Source: Felis catus (lineage: Eukaryota). From it: a DNA stretch of 64,000 bases. A program made the translations under genes and the position numbers. This document shows, piece by piece, positions 39,377 through 53,099 of the stretch (position 1 is its first letter; each line of letters opens with the position of its first letter). The notes below the pieces were generated by a model. That model made no database searches and was not told the origin of the DNA. It was given only the letters and a program-made list of their open reading frames with translations. The stretch lies in contig NC_058373.1 in assembly GCF_018350175.1 (NCBI RefSeq), positions 118,484,001-118,548,000 of the forward strand. The letters are read 5' to 3'.

Positions 39377-40892
39377 TAATCGACCCACGAGATAATTATT
39401 ATTCTTTCCATGTTACAAATGATCAAAGTAAAACTCAGAATGATAAGGTAATCTGCCCAGAGTCCTATACTTATTAGTAGCAGAAGGAAACTCGAACTCA
39501 AGTGTACCATTTTTCTATCACATCACATAGCCTTTGCAAAGACTTTTGGAAGTCGGGTGTGCTCCACTTAGCTTTTCAAACTTAAGGGCATTAGGGAATT
39601 CCATGACCCAATGGGGTGAAGTACTCCAAACAACAGTTTGCTGTTGATGGGATAGTATGGTCCAATGAAGGCACTGATTTCCTGAATCCTCTCTCTAGAC
39701 TCCCTCTTCCCAGAGTTCAAACTCAAGTGCTCCAGAGATAGATAAATGAGCAATGTGAAGTTGTTTGATTGTGAATTGAAGAGCTACAAGATAAATTTAA
39801 AACTTTTTTTTTTCTGAGATCATGAACATGTTAGAGAATTAAAACAAATTAAATTAATCATCTATTATTGAGTTTCAGGAAAGAGCTGCCTGTACCGTTA
39901 CTGCATGCTTACAGGTTTGGCCAAAACAGTTGAGAGGATACATATCAGCAGGTAAAAGAAAATGAAAGGGTCTAACATGTGAGACCGTGTCCTAAACTGG
40001 CCTCCCACAGAGGTCCTAAGAGGACAGATGGATGATCTTGAAAGGCATACAAAGCACAATCTCTTCCAAATCCATCCTATAGAACATACCAGCTCAGCCC
40101 AGGCATGCAAAACGAATGGGACCTCATTGGGTCAACGAGGAAGGCTGTAGCATTTTGTAGAGATGGGATCCAGGCCACTGCTTGGTTCAATTACTTGCTA
40201 GGATGATTTCCCTGAATTTTGAGAAATGTTTCTTTGGTTGGTGCTGGGCAACATATGGGAACAGGCTGAGTGCCAAGGTTCAGCCAAGTGGGCAATATTC
40301 TAGAAAATTACCACGTGAAAAGTCTGTATCAAGAGTCACAAACTATCAGCCTAAGGGCAGAATTTGGCACATAGATGTATTTGGCACAGTGTTAGCTTAT
40401 GGTAGTCTTAATATTTTTAAATTAGTTGCCATTATTTAACATCAGAGAGATTTCATGTAAAAATCTCAATTTTTTGTGTGAGATGTAATGTAGAGAACCT
40501 TGACTGTCCTGGTCACCTGCGGTATCCCCAGAACCAAAACAGTGCCTAGAACATAATAACTGTTTAGGACATATTTTAAAAATAAATGTTATTCAGAAAT
40601 TAATTAATTAATTAAAAAGTAATAATAAAATAAATGTTATCCAAAAACAGGCTTATAAGAGGAACTGTTGTCTTCATTTGACAGTAAACAAAAGAAGTAT
40701 CAGAGAATTTAAATAACTCACCTAAGGTCGCACAATTGGTAAGTAGCAGACTATTTGGATTCGGATGCGTTTGACTTCCGAACTGGTGTTCTATCCATTG
40801 TGCCACACTGCTCAGCATCCTACACTGGGGGGCCTTTTGTAATCATAAAAGGCTTTCAATCTAGACTTTTTTAAAAGTTTATTTCTTTATTT

Positions 40893-41760
40893 TGGGGCAG
40901 CTGGGTGGCTCAGTCAGTTAAGTGTCCGACTCTGGCTCAGGTCATGATCTCACGGTTTGTGAGTTTAAGCCCCTTGTCAGGCTCTGTGCTGACAACTCAG
41001 CCTGGAGCCTGCTTCAGATTCTGCGTCTCCCTCACTCTCTGCCCCTCCCCCTTCATACTCTGTCTCTCTCTGTCTCAAAAATAAATAAACGTTAAAAACA
41101 ATTTAAAAAAATAAAGTGCTTCTTGAGTCTCAAAAATGTTAGAGTATCCAGCTCATTCTTGACCCCTGAGAGGGTCTGATGCTGCCTCTAAACAGACAAG
41201 CCTATTTTATCCAACTGGATGACAAATTCCTCAAAGTGAGAGAAACGGTCTTATGCTTCCTGACGTATCCATGATGAGTAAATAAATACATGCATTTTTA
41301 AAAATGTTTTATTTGTTTATTTTGAGAGAGGGAGAAAGGGAGGGGAAAAGAGAGATGGAGAGAATCCCAAGTAGGCTCTGCACTGTCAGCACAGAGCCCA
41401 ACACGGGGCTCGGTCCATGAACTGTGAGATCATGACCTGAGCCGAGATCAAGAGTTGAACACTTAACCCACTGAGCCAGCCAGGCGCTCCAATAATACAT
41501 GCATTTAATAAATGTTTGCTGACAATATAGATCATCAAGAAATGATGGGGGGTGTGCCCCAGTGGCTCAGTTGGTTAGGCATCCGACTTTTGACTCTGGT
41601 TCAGGTCATGATCTCATGGTTCATGGGTTTGAGCCCCACTTCCGGCTATGCACTGGCTGTGAGGAGCCTGCTTGGGATTCTCTCTCTTCCTCTCTCTGCC
41701 CCTCTCCTGCTTGCGCGTGCACACTCTCTCTCTGTCTCAAAATAAACGTTAAAAATTTTT
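40893..41760. mobile_element. Three CAN-SINEs (+40893, -41490, +41550)
   Basis: Heads and tails visible; TSD aagaaatgatgg on the last copy. Confidence 0.88.
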
Positions 41761-43221
41761 TTTTCTTAAAGAAATGATGGTAGAGCGAGAGGATTTAAGT
41801 GATAACCAGGAGGAGATTGTGAAGAAGAGGGAGTAAATTCTAACACAGATGCTTTCCCTCTGACCCACAAGCCCCACTTTGCTGTTGGTCTTGTCAAGAA
41901 GATTGCTGTTGATGGTAATTCACTAATGGATACTAACTTAGCTGGTACGTGTAAACTGATAAAGACATGAATCTTGGTTGAAAAATGGAAGTTTTCTCTA
42001 GATCTCAACCAAGAGAAGGTTGGCACTGCATTTCTCTCACATGCTGGGCCAAACAGAAGCTTCCTTTTAGGGTAGGATAGTGAGCTGTCACTTGTTTAAT
42101 CAGCCAGTGGAGATAATGAACGTCTGTGGCAGAAGAAAGGGAGAGGAAAGAGGAAAAGAGGAACAATAAAAAGGAGACAACTGAGAAGGGCACGTCCTAC
42201 AGATGTTTTAGTCGGGAAGGACAGGTAAGGCTCTTTGTAAAGGGTTTGGGATACTCCTGGAGTATTTTGTCAGTATAATATTTTGTTTATATGAACAGAT
42301 TAACAAAAGCAAGCTCATTCCTTCCTCCAGCCTTTTCTCATATCCTTCCCCTCATCTGGAGGGTCTTCTCTCTGTCTATCCAAGTCCTGTGCACTGAGAT
42401 CCAAACAAACTCCTGTGTCTTCATGACTATTCCAGCACCTCCCACCTCCACCCCGACTCCTACAGCACATCTGCTGGGTGCCACACATTTCCTACTAGAT
42501 TAAGCATATTGTCTTTGAAAGATTCTTGTATGTATGTCTTATAAAACCCCTTGTAAACTCCTTGAGCACAAGGGTCATTTCTTCTGCGGCTGCTACATCT
42601 CCCACAGTGCAGACCTTCTACTAGACCTTCTGTCTGGCCTTGCTGACTGACTGAAGTGTTCATTGGGCCCTCTTGTTCTGGCCAGCAATGCAGAGTGCAC
42701 AATAAAGTCCTTTCACTATGAAATGACAAAGTCAAAGCTAGAGGGGCTGAGAAAGTACTTGTACAGAATTATTTATTGTCTCAAATGCCTCATGGTAGCC
42801 AGATTCCAGAATCCTCGGGCTTGATAGAAGTGGAAATAACTTTGATATCCATGATGATACTTTTTGAATCAGTATTTCACTTGGAGGGAATGTATAAACG
42901 AATAAATAAAAACACGGGTTACATGAGTCAGGGAAAGGAAAGATTTTGTTTTGTGGTTAGCTGATACTCCCCCAAAGTCCTTTTTTCCCTGTGTTCCATA
43001 GCTGTGAGGCATTCATGGTGGAAATTATTGCTTTTTATATTTCTGGTGATAACAGCGTCACTGGAAGAGAAGAAAAAGGGAAAGATTCACTTATTTTATA
43101 GTTTATATTTTCACCTCTAAATGTCCCAAAACTTTGTCAGTTATAAATAGAGATCAGTATTTAGGAAAGAAAGCTGGAGTCACACTACTTTGAATTCTGG
43201 GTCTCTCCTCTTCCATGGGGA

Positions 43222-43277
43222 TTTATTTTATTTTATTTTATTTTATTTTATTTTATTTTATTTTATTTTATTTTATT
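43222..43277. repeat. (TTTTA)n microsatellite
   Basis: Seen directly. Confidence 0.9.
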
Positions 43278-43287
43278 GGCATTGTGT

Positions 43288-43858
43288 TGTGAGACAGGGA
43301 AACTGAAGGGACCCCATGAAAAAAAGCTGTTTTTTTTTTTCTTTGCTCCTTTTCCTGCTTCTATTTTTGCTAGGACCTGTACTCCCACCCTGCATCAGGG
43401 CTTATGGTACAAACAATGTATGCCCTCCTTGTAAAGGTCAAGGGGTTAATGAGTTCTTTGGAGCCTTGCAGCACAATAGATGATATCTAAGAAGTGACTT
43501 CGTGGGGTGGTCACGAGGTTTTCCAAGACCCCTGGCTCCAGGGACATAAGTGACTTATGGAGGACACCTGAGCACTCACCCATGTTTTGACCAGTTCCTG
43601 GATCCCTGAGAAGACGTACACTAGACCACAACCCTCTGGGAAAACTCTAGACCCAAGCGAAGATGAGACTCCTGTTCCTTTTCCTTTCTCGAGTCTCCCT
43701 AATGTTCCATCTGTATCTACTCTCTCTGTATCTTCAATAAACTCTGATCTCATTTCCAGTTGGTTCAAGTTTGATTTCTATCCTGCATGAAGCCACAGAC
43801 CTTCTTGGTTGGTCCTGCAGGATCCCCTCTGGGTTCTCAACCTGGCCGGCCTGCATCA
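43288..43858 (+). mobile_element. Solo ERV LTR (copy A)
   Basis: TG...CA termini, AATAAA at ~43736, candidate 4-bp TSD gtgt; closely similar to copy B at 49.9-51.0 kb. Confidence 0.85.
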
Positions 43859-44723
43859 GTGTGCTCTTACAGACTCCCATCTAATGACACATACATGGTT
43901 TGCAACTCTTTCATCATGCCTAAAGCTTTAAAGCCATAGGGTACTGTTGAGGTTCATGAGAATTGTTAATCAGCCTTGTGAAACTGCATCAATGTTTCCA
44001 AGGGATCTAAAAGTGTTCATGCCCACCTGTGTGGTGCAAAGGGAAAATGATTGCACCAGCTTGGTTTTCTTACTACACTCTTGTGTTGTTCTTGTTGTTT
44101 TTAATTTTTAATTTATTTTTTAAGTAATCTCTATATCCAACGTGGGGCTCGAACTCTCAACCCCAAGATGTAGAGTCATATGCTCTTCCGACTGAGCCAG
44201 CCCGCCACCCTGATTTTCTTGTAACACCCTTGTAAAGAACTTGCTCTAGAACAAGACTAGACTTGTAGATAATAAAAAAAAAAAATTACGAAAGCTGTCT
44301 CTTTCCTAGACAAATGGTACTCTAGTTTGGGTTTCAGAGGGCTCTTTATATACCTTGCAAGAGATGATGGGTCTTTCAATATTTCTACTCTAGTAAAATT
44401 TGGAGCTCTGACCTATAAATTAGTTTGTAACCTGTCGGTGGTATGGGAAAATATGCTCAATCATCTAATGTGATGTCAATTTTCTTTAACCTTCTGGGTA
44501 AATGGTGCACATTAAAAAAACAGGACTACTGTTAAATAGATTTTTCTTTATATACATAATGACAAGGAGACTGTACGACATCAATTAAAGAACCAGGATG
44601 TGACTAGGTCCACTGCTGCCTGTCTTGGAGCAAGAGAAGGGATCGTCCTAAAAATAATCACCTTTCCTTCGGGGGGAAGAGGATATGACCCTGGAAAAAA
44701 CTTCTCTCAGAGTATTTACCCAG

Positions 44724-45020
<297 letters not shown>

Positions 45021-45409
45021 TCATATGAATTCAAGACCTGTCTTTCCTTGTCCCCAGTCAGAAGCCTAACGTGGCAAATATGCCTGAATTTTCTGCCCAA
45101 GAAGTCTTGGGTATCTGTGTGATGTTTGGGGTTAGCCTACATTTTCTGTCTTTACTATCATGCAGAAGCAGCAGCAGCAATGGGCCACTCTTGTAGCCGT
45201 GAATAAAGAGACCTGCTCCAGGGGTGTGCCGAGGAGGTGTGTTCACTCAGGGTGAATAGTCCCTGGGGACGCAGTCCTGTTCTATTTCAACCCATAAACC
45301 AATATAGTGATGGCCAGGATTGAGCCTGTACCTAGGTTAAAGCATCCTCAGAAATCTAGATACTTCTAATATCAATTTTCTGTATTAGTCCATGAAATAA
45401 TAAAGAGAG

Positions 45410-45860
45410 AGATCCTCTGTGGAGAAAAAAAGAACCCTTATGCACTGTTGGTAGGAATATAAATTGGTACAGCCACTGTGGAAAACACGTATGGAGTATC
45501 CTCAAAAAGTTGAAAATATAAATACCATATGATCCAATAATTCCACTACTGGGTATTTACCAAAAGAAAACAAAAAACACTAATTTGAAAAGATATATGC
45601 ATCCCCATGTGTATTGCGGCATTATTTACAACAGCCAAACTATGGAAGCAAACTAAGTGTACATTGATAGAGAAATGGATAAGGAAGATGTGAGAAACAC
45701 AGTCACATGAATATTACAGCCATAAAAGAGGATGATATCGTGCCATTTTTCAACAACATGGCTGGACCTGCAGGGTACTACGCTAAGTTAAATAAGTCAG
45801 ATTGAGGAACACAAATGCCATATGATTTCACTCATATGTGGAATCTGAAAAAAAAAAAAA
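45410..45860 (+). mobile_element. LINE-1 ORF2 3' fragment
   Basis: Highly similar to the 370-800 portion of the L1 at the window start. Confidence 0.85.
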
Positions 45861-45883
45861 AACTCAAAAAAACAAAAAATGAA

Positions 45884-47015
45884 GGGGCACCCAGCTGGCC
45901 CAGTTGGTGGAACATTTGACTCTTGATGTTGGGGTCATGCGTTCAAGCGCCAAGCTGGGCCTAGAGCTTACTCAAAAAAGAAAAAATAAGTAATAAAGAA
46001 TTTTGAAATGAATAAACAGGGGCACCTGGGTGGCTGCATTGGTTAAGTGTTTGACTCTTGATTTCAGCTCAGGTCATGATCTCATGGTTTGTGGGATCGA
46101 GCCCCGCATCGGGCTCTGCACTGACAGTGCGGAGCCTGCTTGGAATTCTGTCTCCGTCTCTCCCTCTCTCTCTGCCCCTCCACTCCTCTCTCTCTCTCTC
46201 TCAAAATGAACAAATAAATTTTAAAAAACAAACAAAAGATATACCAACGTGTAAATACTGAATATGTACATGTTAAAAGTTAGACCATTTGCATCTATTT
46301 AAACTTAAAATGAAAACACTTATCTTTGTAACGATTTTTTTTTTTATTTTGGGGGCACGTGGTGGATCAGTCTTGATCTTGGCTCAGGTCATGATCTCAC
46401 AGTTTGTGAGTTCAAACCCCACATTGGGCTCTGGGCTGGTGACACAGAGTCTGCTTGGGATTCTGTCTCTCCCTCACTCTGCCCCTCTCCCCCCTCAAAT
46501 AAGCATTTTTAAAAAGATTTTTTTTTTAAATGAGCAGCAGGCAAAAGTTTAATAGAGTATAAGATCAGAAAATGTGAATAGCATGAAAGCTGTCTTTACA
46601 GAGAGCTGGCATTCAAAAATGAATGCCCCTAAAAAAAGATTTAAAATAAATTTTTTTTAAGATTTTATTTTTGAGAGAGTAAGAGAGAAAGAGAGAGAGA
46701 GTGAGCGAGAGAGTGTAACCAGGAGAGGGGCAAAGGGAGAAAGAATGAATCCCAAACAGGGTCCACACCCACTGTAGAGCCCAATGTGGGGCTCCATCCC
46801 ACAACTGTGAGATTATGACCTGAGGCAAAATCAAGAGTCAGAAGCTTAACTGACTGAGCCACCCAGGCACCCCAAGATTTTATTTTTAAGTAATCTCTAC
46901 ATCCAGCATGGCACCCAAACCCTCAACCCTGAGGTCAAGAGTCACACGCTTCCGGTGCCTGGGTGGTTCAGTTGGTTAAGCGTCCGACTTCAGCTCATGT
47001 AATGATCTCACGGTT
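45884..47015. mobile_element. Dense cluster of about six CAN-SINEs and fragments
   Basis: Heads at ~45884(+), 46019(+), 46350(+), 46873(-) and 46955(+, truncated), plus a headless short minus copy at ~46877-46950. Confidence 0.85.
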
Positions 47016-47534
47016 CAATCATCATCTCATGGGAAAGTAGCCACAGGCAGTTTATAATGAATGAGTGTGGCTGTGTTCAATATAAGTTTACATGTGGGCA
47101 CTGAAATTTGAGTTTTGTATACATTTATGTTGCAAAATATTATTCTTCATTTAACATTCAAAATTATAAAAATCATTCCTACTCCATGGAGTGTTTAAAC
47201 ACCAGAGACAGGCTGGATTTGGTCTGAGGGCCACAATTTATTGACCCCTGAATTATAGTAATTTGGTAAGTCTTAAAAACTAGAAGTCAGTAGTCTCAAA
47301 GTTAGGCTGCAATCTGTCTCACATTGGACAAAGCAAAGGCTTATTCCTTGAGGCCTTAACCAAAGTAAATCAGAAATATATGAGGTAAAACATGAAAGTT
47401 CTTCTATTGCCCGTAATCCCATTCCCAGAGAAAACATCTGTTTTCAGTTTGGTATATATCTTTCCTGATATTCACCTGTGTAAACACATATACATATGCA
47501 CACAACATATATGGTTCTAAAGAAACCATATATA

Positions 47535-48453
47535 GGGGCGCCTGGGTGGTTCAGTCGGTTAAGCGTCCAACTTCGGCTCGGGTCATGATCTCACGGTTCG
47601 TGGGTTCGAGCCCTGCATCGGGCTCTGCGCTAACAGCTCAGAGCCTGGAGCCTGTTTCAGATTCTGTGTCTCCCTCTCTCTCTGCCCCTCCCCCACTCAC
47701 GCTCTGTCTCTCTCTGTCTCAAAAATAAACATTAAAAAAATTTAAAAAATAAAGAAACCATATATAAATGTATGAATTGTGTTTTTTTTTAACAAAAAAT
47801 AAGACAACATATATATTGTTTGGCGATTTGATTTTCCAATTTACAATATATTTTAAACATCCTTCCTTGTCATTCTTGTTAACAATTGCCTATCAACAGG
47901 CATTTGCATCATTTCAAATTTTGAAATTATAAGCAATGAACATCTGTATGTGTGTATCTTTGTACACATGGGTGAATATTTCATTTATTTTTTTATGTTA
48001 AAGGTTTATATTAATTAATTTATTTTTTAAAGTTTATTTATTTATTTTGAGAGAGAGAGAGTGTACTTGCATGCAAGTCGGGGAGGGGCAGAGAGAGAGG
48101 GAGAGAGAGAGAATCTTAAGCAGGCTCCCCACGTTGGGTTTGATCTCATGACCATGCGATCATGACCTGAGCCAAAATCAAGAGTTGGATGCTTAACTGA
48201 CTGAGCCACCCAAGCACCCCATCACATGGGTGAATATTTTTAATTTTTTTTTAACATTTATTCATCTTTGGGAGACAAAGAGAGAGCATGAGTAGGGGAA
48301 GAGCAGAGAAAGAAGGAGACACAGAATCTGAAGCAGACTCCAGGCTCTGAGCTGCCAGCACAGAGCCCAACGCGGGGCTCAAACCCATGAATCATGAGGT
48401 CATGACCTGAGCCGAAGTCAGACGCTCAACTGACCGAGCCACCCGGGTGCCCC
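47535..48453. mobile_element. Three CAN-SINEs (+47535; -48220; -48453) within an old L1 fragment
   Basis: TSD aagaaaccatatata on the first; ggtgaatattt is triplicated around the other two. Confidence 0.9.
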
Positions 48454-48549
48454 ACAGGTGAATATTTTAAAGGATAGATTTCTAAAAGTAGAATAATTCA
48501 GTCAAAGACTTCAATTTTTTATATTGGTGAAGTCATCCGAAAGTTTATA

Positions 48550-48762
48550 CTAGAGTTTCTCAATCTTGATTCTATTGACATTTGGGTTGAATAATTCTTC
48601 GCTGTAGGGCTGTACTATACATTGTAGAGTGTTTATTAGCATCTCTGGTCTCTGCCCATTATATGCCAGTAGCAACTTCCTGCTGTGACAACCAAAAAAT
48701 GTCTCTAGACAATGCCAAATGTCCCCTGAGGGCAAAATCACTTTGGGTTGAGAATCACTGCC
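48550..48762. mobile_element. MER20-like hAT relic
   Basis: ttctcaa..ctattgacatttggg..gtgacaaccaaaaaatgtctctagac..ggttgagaatcactg. Confidence 0.8.
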
Positions 48763-48894
48763 CTGGACATTTGTTTTCTTTTATTTTCCTTTTATTTCTC
48801 TTTTTTCCTATTCCCCTTTCAACAACTTCTCATATGATCCTTCCTTCATGAAGGAAAAGTACTTAAAGGAACTTGTGATTCAGTATATATCACC

Positions 48895-49895
48895 TGTGAG
48901 ATAATAGAAAAAATATATGTTAGTCTCCTCCACCACCCATTCCTGGCACAGAGCTCCTGAAGCTCCCATAATTTCTTAAGAGCAGTAAGAGCATCTTTTG
49001 TTCTCATATTTGTCCTTGACCCCTTCCCTGACACGGGGCTCTTAAAACCTTTGTAAATTCTTAAGTGATAAAGAGAAAGTGGAGCATATTTTGGTCTATT
49101 GAGATAACCCTGGGTGGGCTTCTGGGTGGGAGCTGGTCACCAGAAAGACCAAGCCATGATTAGAAGCTTGGGATTTTCAGCCCATTCCTCAACCTTTAGA
49201 GAAGGTAAAGGGGCTAGAAACCAATAATTAATAATTAATTATGCCTGTGGGGGGAAGCCTCCATAAACTCCCAATAGTGTGGAGTTCAAAGAATTTCTGG
49301 TTGGTGAACACATTCACAACCAGGAGTGTGACACACACCCCAACTCCATAAGAACAAAACCTGCTTTCAGAACCCTCCCAGACCTCCCCCTATGTGGCTT
49401 GGTCTGGCTGTTCATTTCACTTGTCCCCTTCATCGTATCCTTAATAAACTGGTAAACATGTCTCCCTGAGTTTTGTGAACTACTCTAAGAAATTAATTGA
49501 AACCAAGGAGGCGGTTGCGGGAACCTCAGATTTGTAGTCAAATTGGACAGAAACTGAGGGTAACCTGGAGACCTATTACTTGTGATTGGCATCTGAAGTA
49601 AGGCAGGAGCAGCCTTGAGGGCCCAAGCCCTCTTAACCTGTGGAATTGGACACTATCTCCAGGTAGATAGGGTTAGAATTGAGTTAAATTGTAGGACCCC
49701 AAGCTGGTGTTGCAGAGAATTGCTTGTTGTGAAGAAAAACCTTCATGCATCTGGGGACCAGAAGTGTCCGAGTGAAGTGTTGTGAATGTTTTGTATGTGA
49801 AGGGTAAAGGAGACACATAAGAAAGACACAAGAGGAGGAAAGAACTGGCTTTTCCATATACAAGAGGGAAAAACTGAGGTTGTTCTAAGATATCA
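48895..49895 (+). mobile_element. LTR element, MER21-like
   Basis: Starts TG; MER21-type motifs (gctggtcaccagaaagaccaagccatgattagaagcttgg; taataaactggtaaa..tccctgagtt.tgtga). Family assigned from memory. Confidence 0.6.
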
Positions 49896-49907
49896 CCCCC
49901 CTGTTAT

Positions 49908-50997
49908 TGAGACAAGGAAACTGAAGGGACTCCATGAAAAAAAAGCTGATTTAAAAAAATTTTTTTAATGTTTATTATTATTTTTCTTTTTTGAGAGAGA
50001 GAGAGAGAGAGAGAGAAAGTGGGGGAGGGGCAGAGAGAGAGGGAGACACAGAATCCAAAGAGGGTCCAGGCTCTGAGCTGTTAGCACAGAGCCCGATTCG
50101 GGGCTTGAACTCACAAACTGTGAGATTATGACCCGAGCCAAAGTTGGATACTTAACTGACTGAGTAACCCAGGTGCCCCCCAAAAGCTGTTTTTTAACTC
50201 CTTTTCCTGCTTCTATTCTTGCTAAGACCTACACTCCCACCCTGCATCCGGGCTTATGGTACAAACAATGTATGCCCTCCTTGTAAAGGTCAAGGAGTTA
50301 ATGAGTTCTTTGGAGTCTTGCGACACAATAGATGATATCTAAGAAGTGACTTCGTGGGGTGGTCACAAGGTTTTCCAAGAACACTGACTCCAGACACCAC
50401 TAACTCCTGACACCGAGACCCCTGGCTCCAGGGACATAAGTGACTTATGGAGGACACCTGAGCACCGGCCTTGTTTTGAACGGTTCATGGATGCCTGAGA
50501 GGATAGTACATTAGACCATCATCCCCAAATCCCAGATTGGGAACAAAGACAAGACTCATTCTTCTTCCCTTTTTTTAAAAAAATTTTTTTTTTTTTTTAA
50601 TGTGTATTCATCTTTGAGAGAGACAGAGAGAGAGACAGAATGTGAGTGGGTAAGGGGCAGAGAGACAGGGAGACACAGAATGTGAAGCAGGCTCCAGGCT
50701 CTGAGCTGTCAGCACAGAGCCTGATGCGCGGCTTGAACCCACGAACCGTAAGATCATGACCTGAGCCAAAGTCAGACGATTAACTGACTGAGCCACCCAG
50801 GCGCCCCTCATTCTTCTTTCCTTTTGGAATCTCTCAGATGCTCTGTCTGCATCAGCACTCTCTCTATATCTTCAATAAACTCTGATCTCACTTCCTGCTG
50901 GCTTGAGTTTGATTTCTATCCTGCATAAAGCCAAGGATCCTCTTGGCTGGTCCTGCAAGACCCCCTCTGGGTCCTCAAACCCAGACAGCTTGTATCA
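49908..50997 (+). mobile_element. Solo ERV LTR (copy B) of the same family, carrying two SINE insertions
   Basis: Colinear with copy A (tgagaca.ggaaactgaagggac... gggcttatggtacaaacaatgtatgccctccttgtaaaggtcaagg ...tcttcaataaactctgatctca...tatca) once SINEs 49955-50181 and 50575-50807 are removed. Confidence 0.85.
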
Positions 50998-51000
50998 CTA

Positions 51001-51327
51001 GGGGCTGAATTGTATGCCCCTCCCAACAAAATTCATATGTTAAAGTCCTAACCTCTAGTACCTCAGGATATGATATTTGAAGATAGTCTTTAAAGGGGTA
51101 ACTAAGTTAAAAGGAGATCATTAAAGTAGACCCTAATCTAATATGACTGGTGTCCTTTACAAGACAAGGTGCCTTTCACAAGACAAGGAACAAGGTCACA
51201 GAAACCAGCTCCGTCAATACACTGACCTCAGACTTCCAGTCTCCAGAACTATGAGAAAATAAACTTCTTTTGTTTAAGCCATCAAGTCTGTAGTACTTTG
51301 TTATGACAGACCTAGCAAACTAATACA
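51001..51327 (+). mobile_element. MaLR LTR (MLT1A/B-like), internally deleted
   Basis: gggctgaattgt..aaattcatatgtt.aagtcctaa start and ccagaact.tgagaaaataaa..gcaaactaataca end. Confidence 0.8.
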
Positions 51328-51344
51328 CCTTCCAGTGTATTTGA

Positions 51345-51686
51345 ATTTTATTTATTTATTTTTTTGTTTATTTAGTTTGAGAGAGAGCAAGTGCAAACAC
51401 TCAAGTGGGAGAGAGGGAGAGGGTGAGGGAGACAGAGAATCCCAAGCAGGCTCCATGCCATCAGCACAGAGCCCGATGTGGGGCCCGAACTCACAAACTA
51501 TGAGATCATGACCTGAGTCAAAATCAAGAGTCAGCCACTTAACTGACTGAGCCACCCAGGTGCCCTAATTTAACTTGTTTTCTATAGCAACTTCTCTGAT
51601 AAGCAATTATTAACTTCTATAATCTGAATGTCAAGTTCCTTTGATTTTCAAAAAATTTTTAAGCTTATTTATTTTTGAGAGAGAGG

Positions 51687-51724
<38 letters not shown>

Positions 51725-51892
51725 CAGAGCAAGTGGGGGAGGGGCAGAAAGAGAGGGACAGCGAGGATCCCAAGCAGGGCCTGCACTGTCAGCACAGAGC
51801 CCAACAAGGGGCTCAAACTCACGAACTTCGAGATCATGACCTGAGCCGAAATCAAGAATTGGACTCTTAACCGACTGAGCCATGCAGGGGCA
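51345..51892 (-). mobile_element. Two CAN-SINEs
   Basis: Reverse heads at ~51566 and ~51892. Confidence 0.9.
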
Positions 51893-52041
51893 TCTCTCTT
51901 TTTTAAAAGAGAATTCTATTGACTCAAAAAAACCAGAAAAGCAAGACAAACAAAGACTGGAGATCGAGAAAAATGAGATGAGTTTGGGAAAGTAAAGTTT
52001 GTTGCTTAAAAAACACTGTATTTTTAATTGCACAAGGATGT

Positions 52042-52516
52042 TGTAACAGCACTCTAGCTGATCTTAAGAGTTAACTAGCTTCAAGTTAACATACTCCTTG
52101 CTTGCTGGAGATGAAGGACCTTCATCTGTAACAGAACCAATTTGCTTTCTTTGAGATTTGCTGGCCACTGGTCTTGTGGAATAGAGGACCACAACGTTCC
52201 CAGACCACAGAAGCCAGCAAGTCTGTTTGAAGTCCCCTTAGCTTTCTGATTAGCTCAGATACCTCTTAGCAACATGTTTTTCATTTTTAAGGTCACACAA
52301 ATGACTTTACTGACCTCTTTGCACATATGTAGACCTTGTCCTCCTTTGCAGAAAGAACAGACTATTCTTGCACAACCCTTGGGTACCAAGGAACCAGAAC
52401 TTGTTGCACAACCTCTGAGTAGTACCAAGATAACTGAGGCTGGCATCATGGAGTCTGCAGCGGGCGCCTGCTGGCTCATGATCTTTCGCTCGCGAACGCA
52501 CGCGCGTGCTCACGCG

Positions 52517-52564
<48 letters not shown>

Positions 52565-52723
52565 TCTGGAACAGGCAGAAACCTGGGCAGAAGAGTCTGC
52601 CTTCTCCCTAGATGGCCAGACTCCTGAATAAAGCTCATATTCCTTTTCAGTCAAAACTTATCTATTGTCTTTTGAGTATTCGCCTTTCAAGTGACCGGCA
52701 GCTGAACTTGTGTTTCATTAACA
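52042..52723 (+). mobile_element. Probable solo LTR containing a (CG)n(CA)n tract
   Basis: TGTAAC start, AATAAA at ~52627, ttaaca end; family not recognised. Confidence 0.5.
52497..52562. repeat. (CG)n(CA)n alternating purine-pyrimidine microsatellite
   Basis: Seen directly. Confidence 0.92.
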
Positions 52724-52814
52724 GTATGTTTTATGTGGAAAACCCAGAACATACAAACAACCAAAGAAGATAAAAATCACCTGAATCCCACTATACAAAG
52801 GTAATCACGTTAAA

Positions 52815-53030
52815 AAAAATTTTTTTTTTAATGTTTATTTATTTTTGAGAGAGAGAGACAGAGAGTAATCAGGGTAGGGGCAGAAAGAGAGGGAGCCACA
52901 GATTCTGAAGCAGGCTCCAGGTTCTGAGCTGTCAGCACAGAGCCCAACGCGGAACTCAAATTCACAGACTGTGAGATCATGACCTGAGCTGAAGTGGGAC
53001 ACTCAACCGACTGAGCCACCTAGGCGCCCC
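52815..53030 (-). mobile_element. CAN-SINE
   Basis: TSD caaaggtaatcac. Confidence 0.9.
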
Positions 53031-53099
53031 CAAAGGTAATCACTGTTAAATATTGTGGTGCAAAGACACCAAAACTTTCTTTAGTAGCATGTTTTCTTT

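Noticed and set aside
27510..42930. Several AP-1 sites (TGAGTCA/TGACTCA) upstream of NUMB
   Set aside because: About eight are expected by chance in 64 kb for a 7-mer on both strands; enrichment is not convincing without chromatin data.
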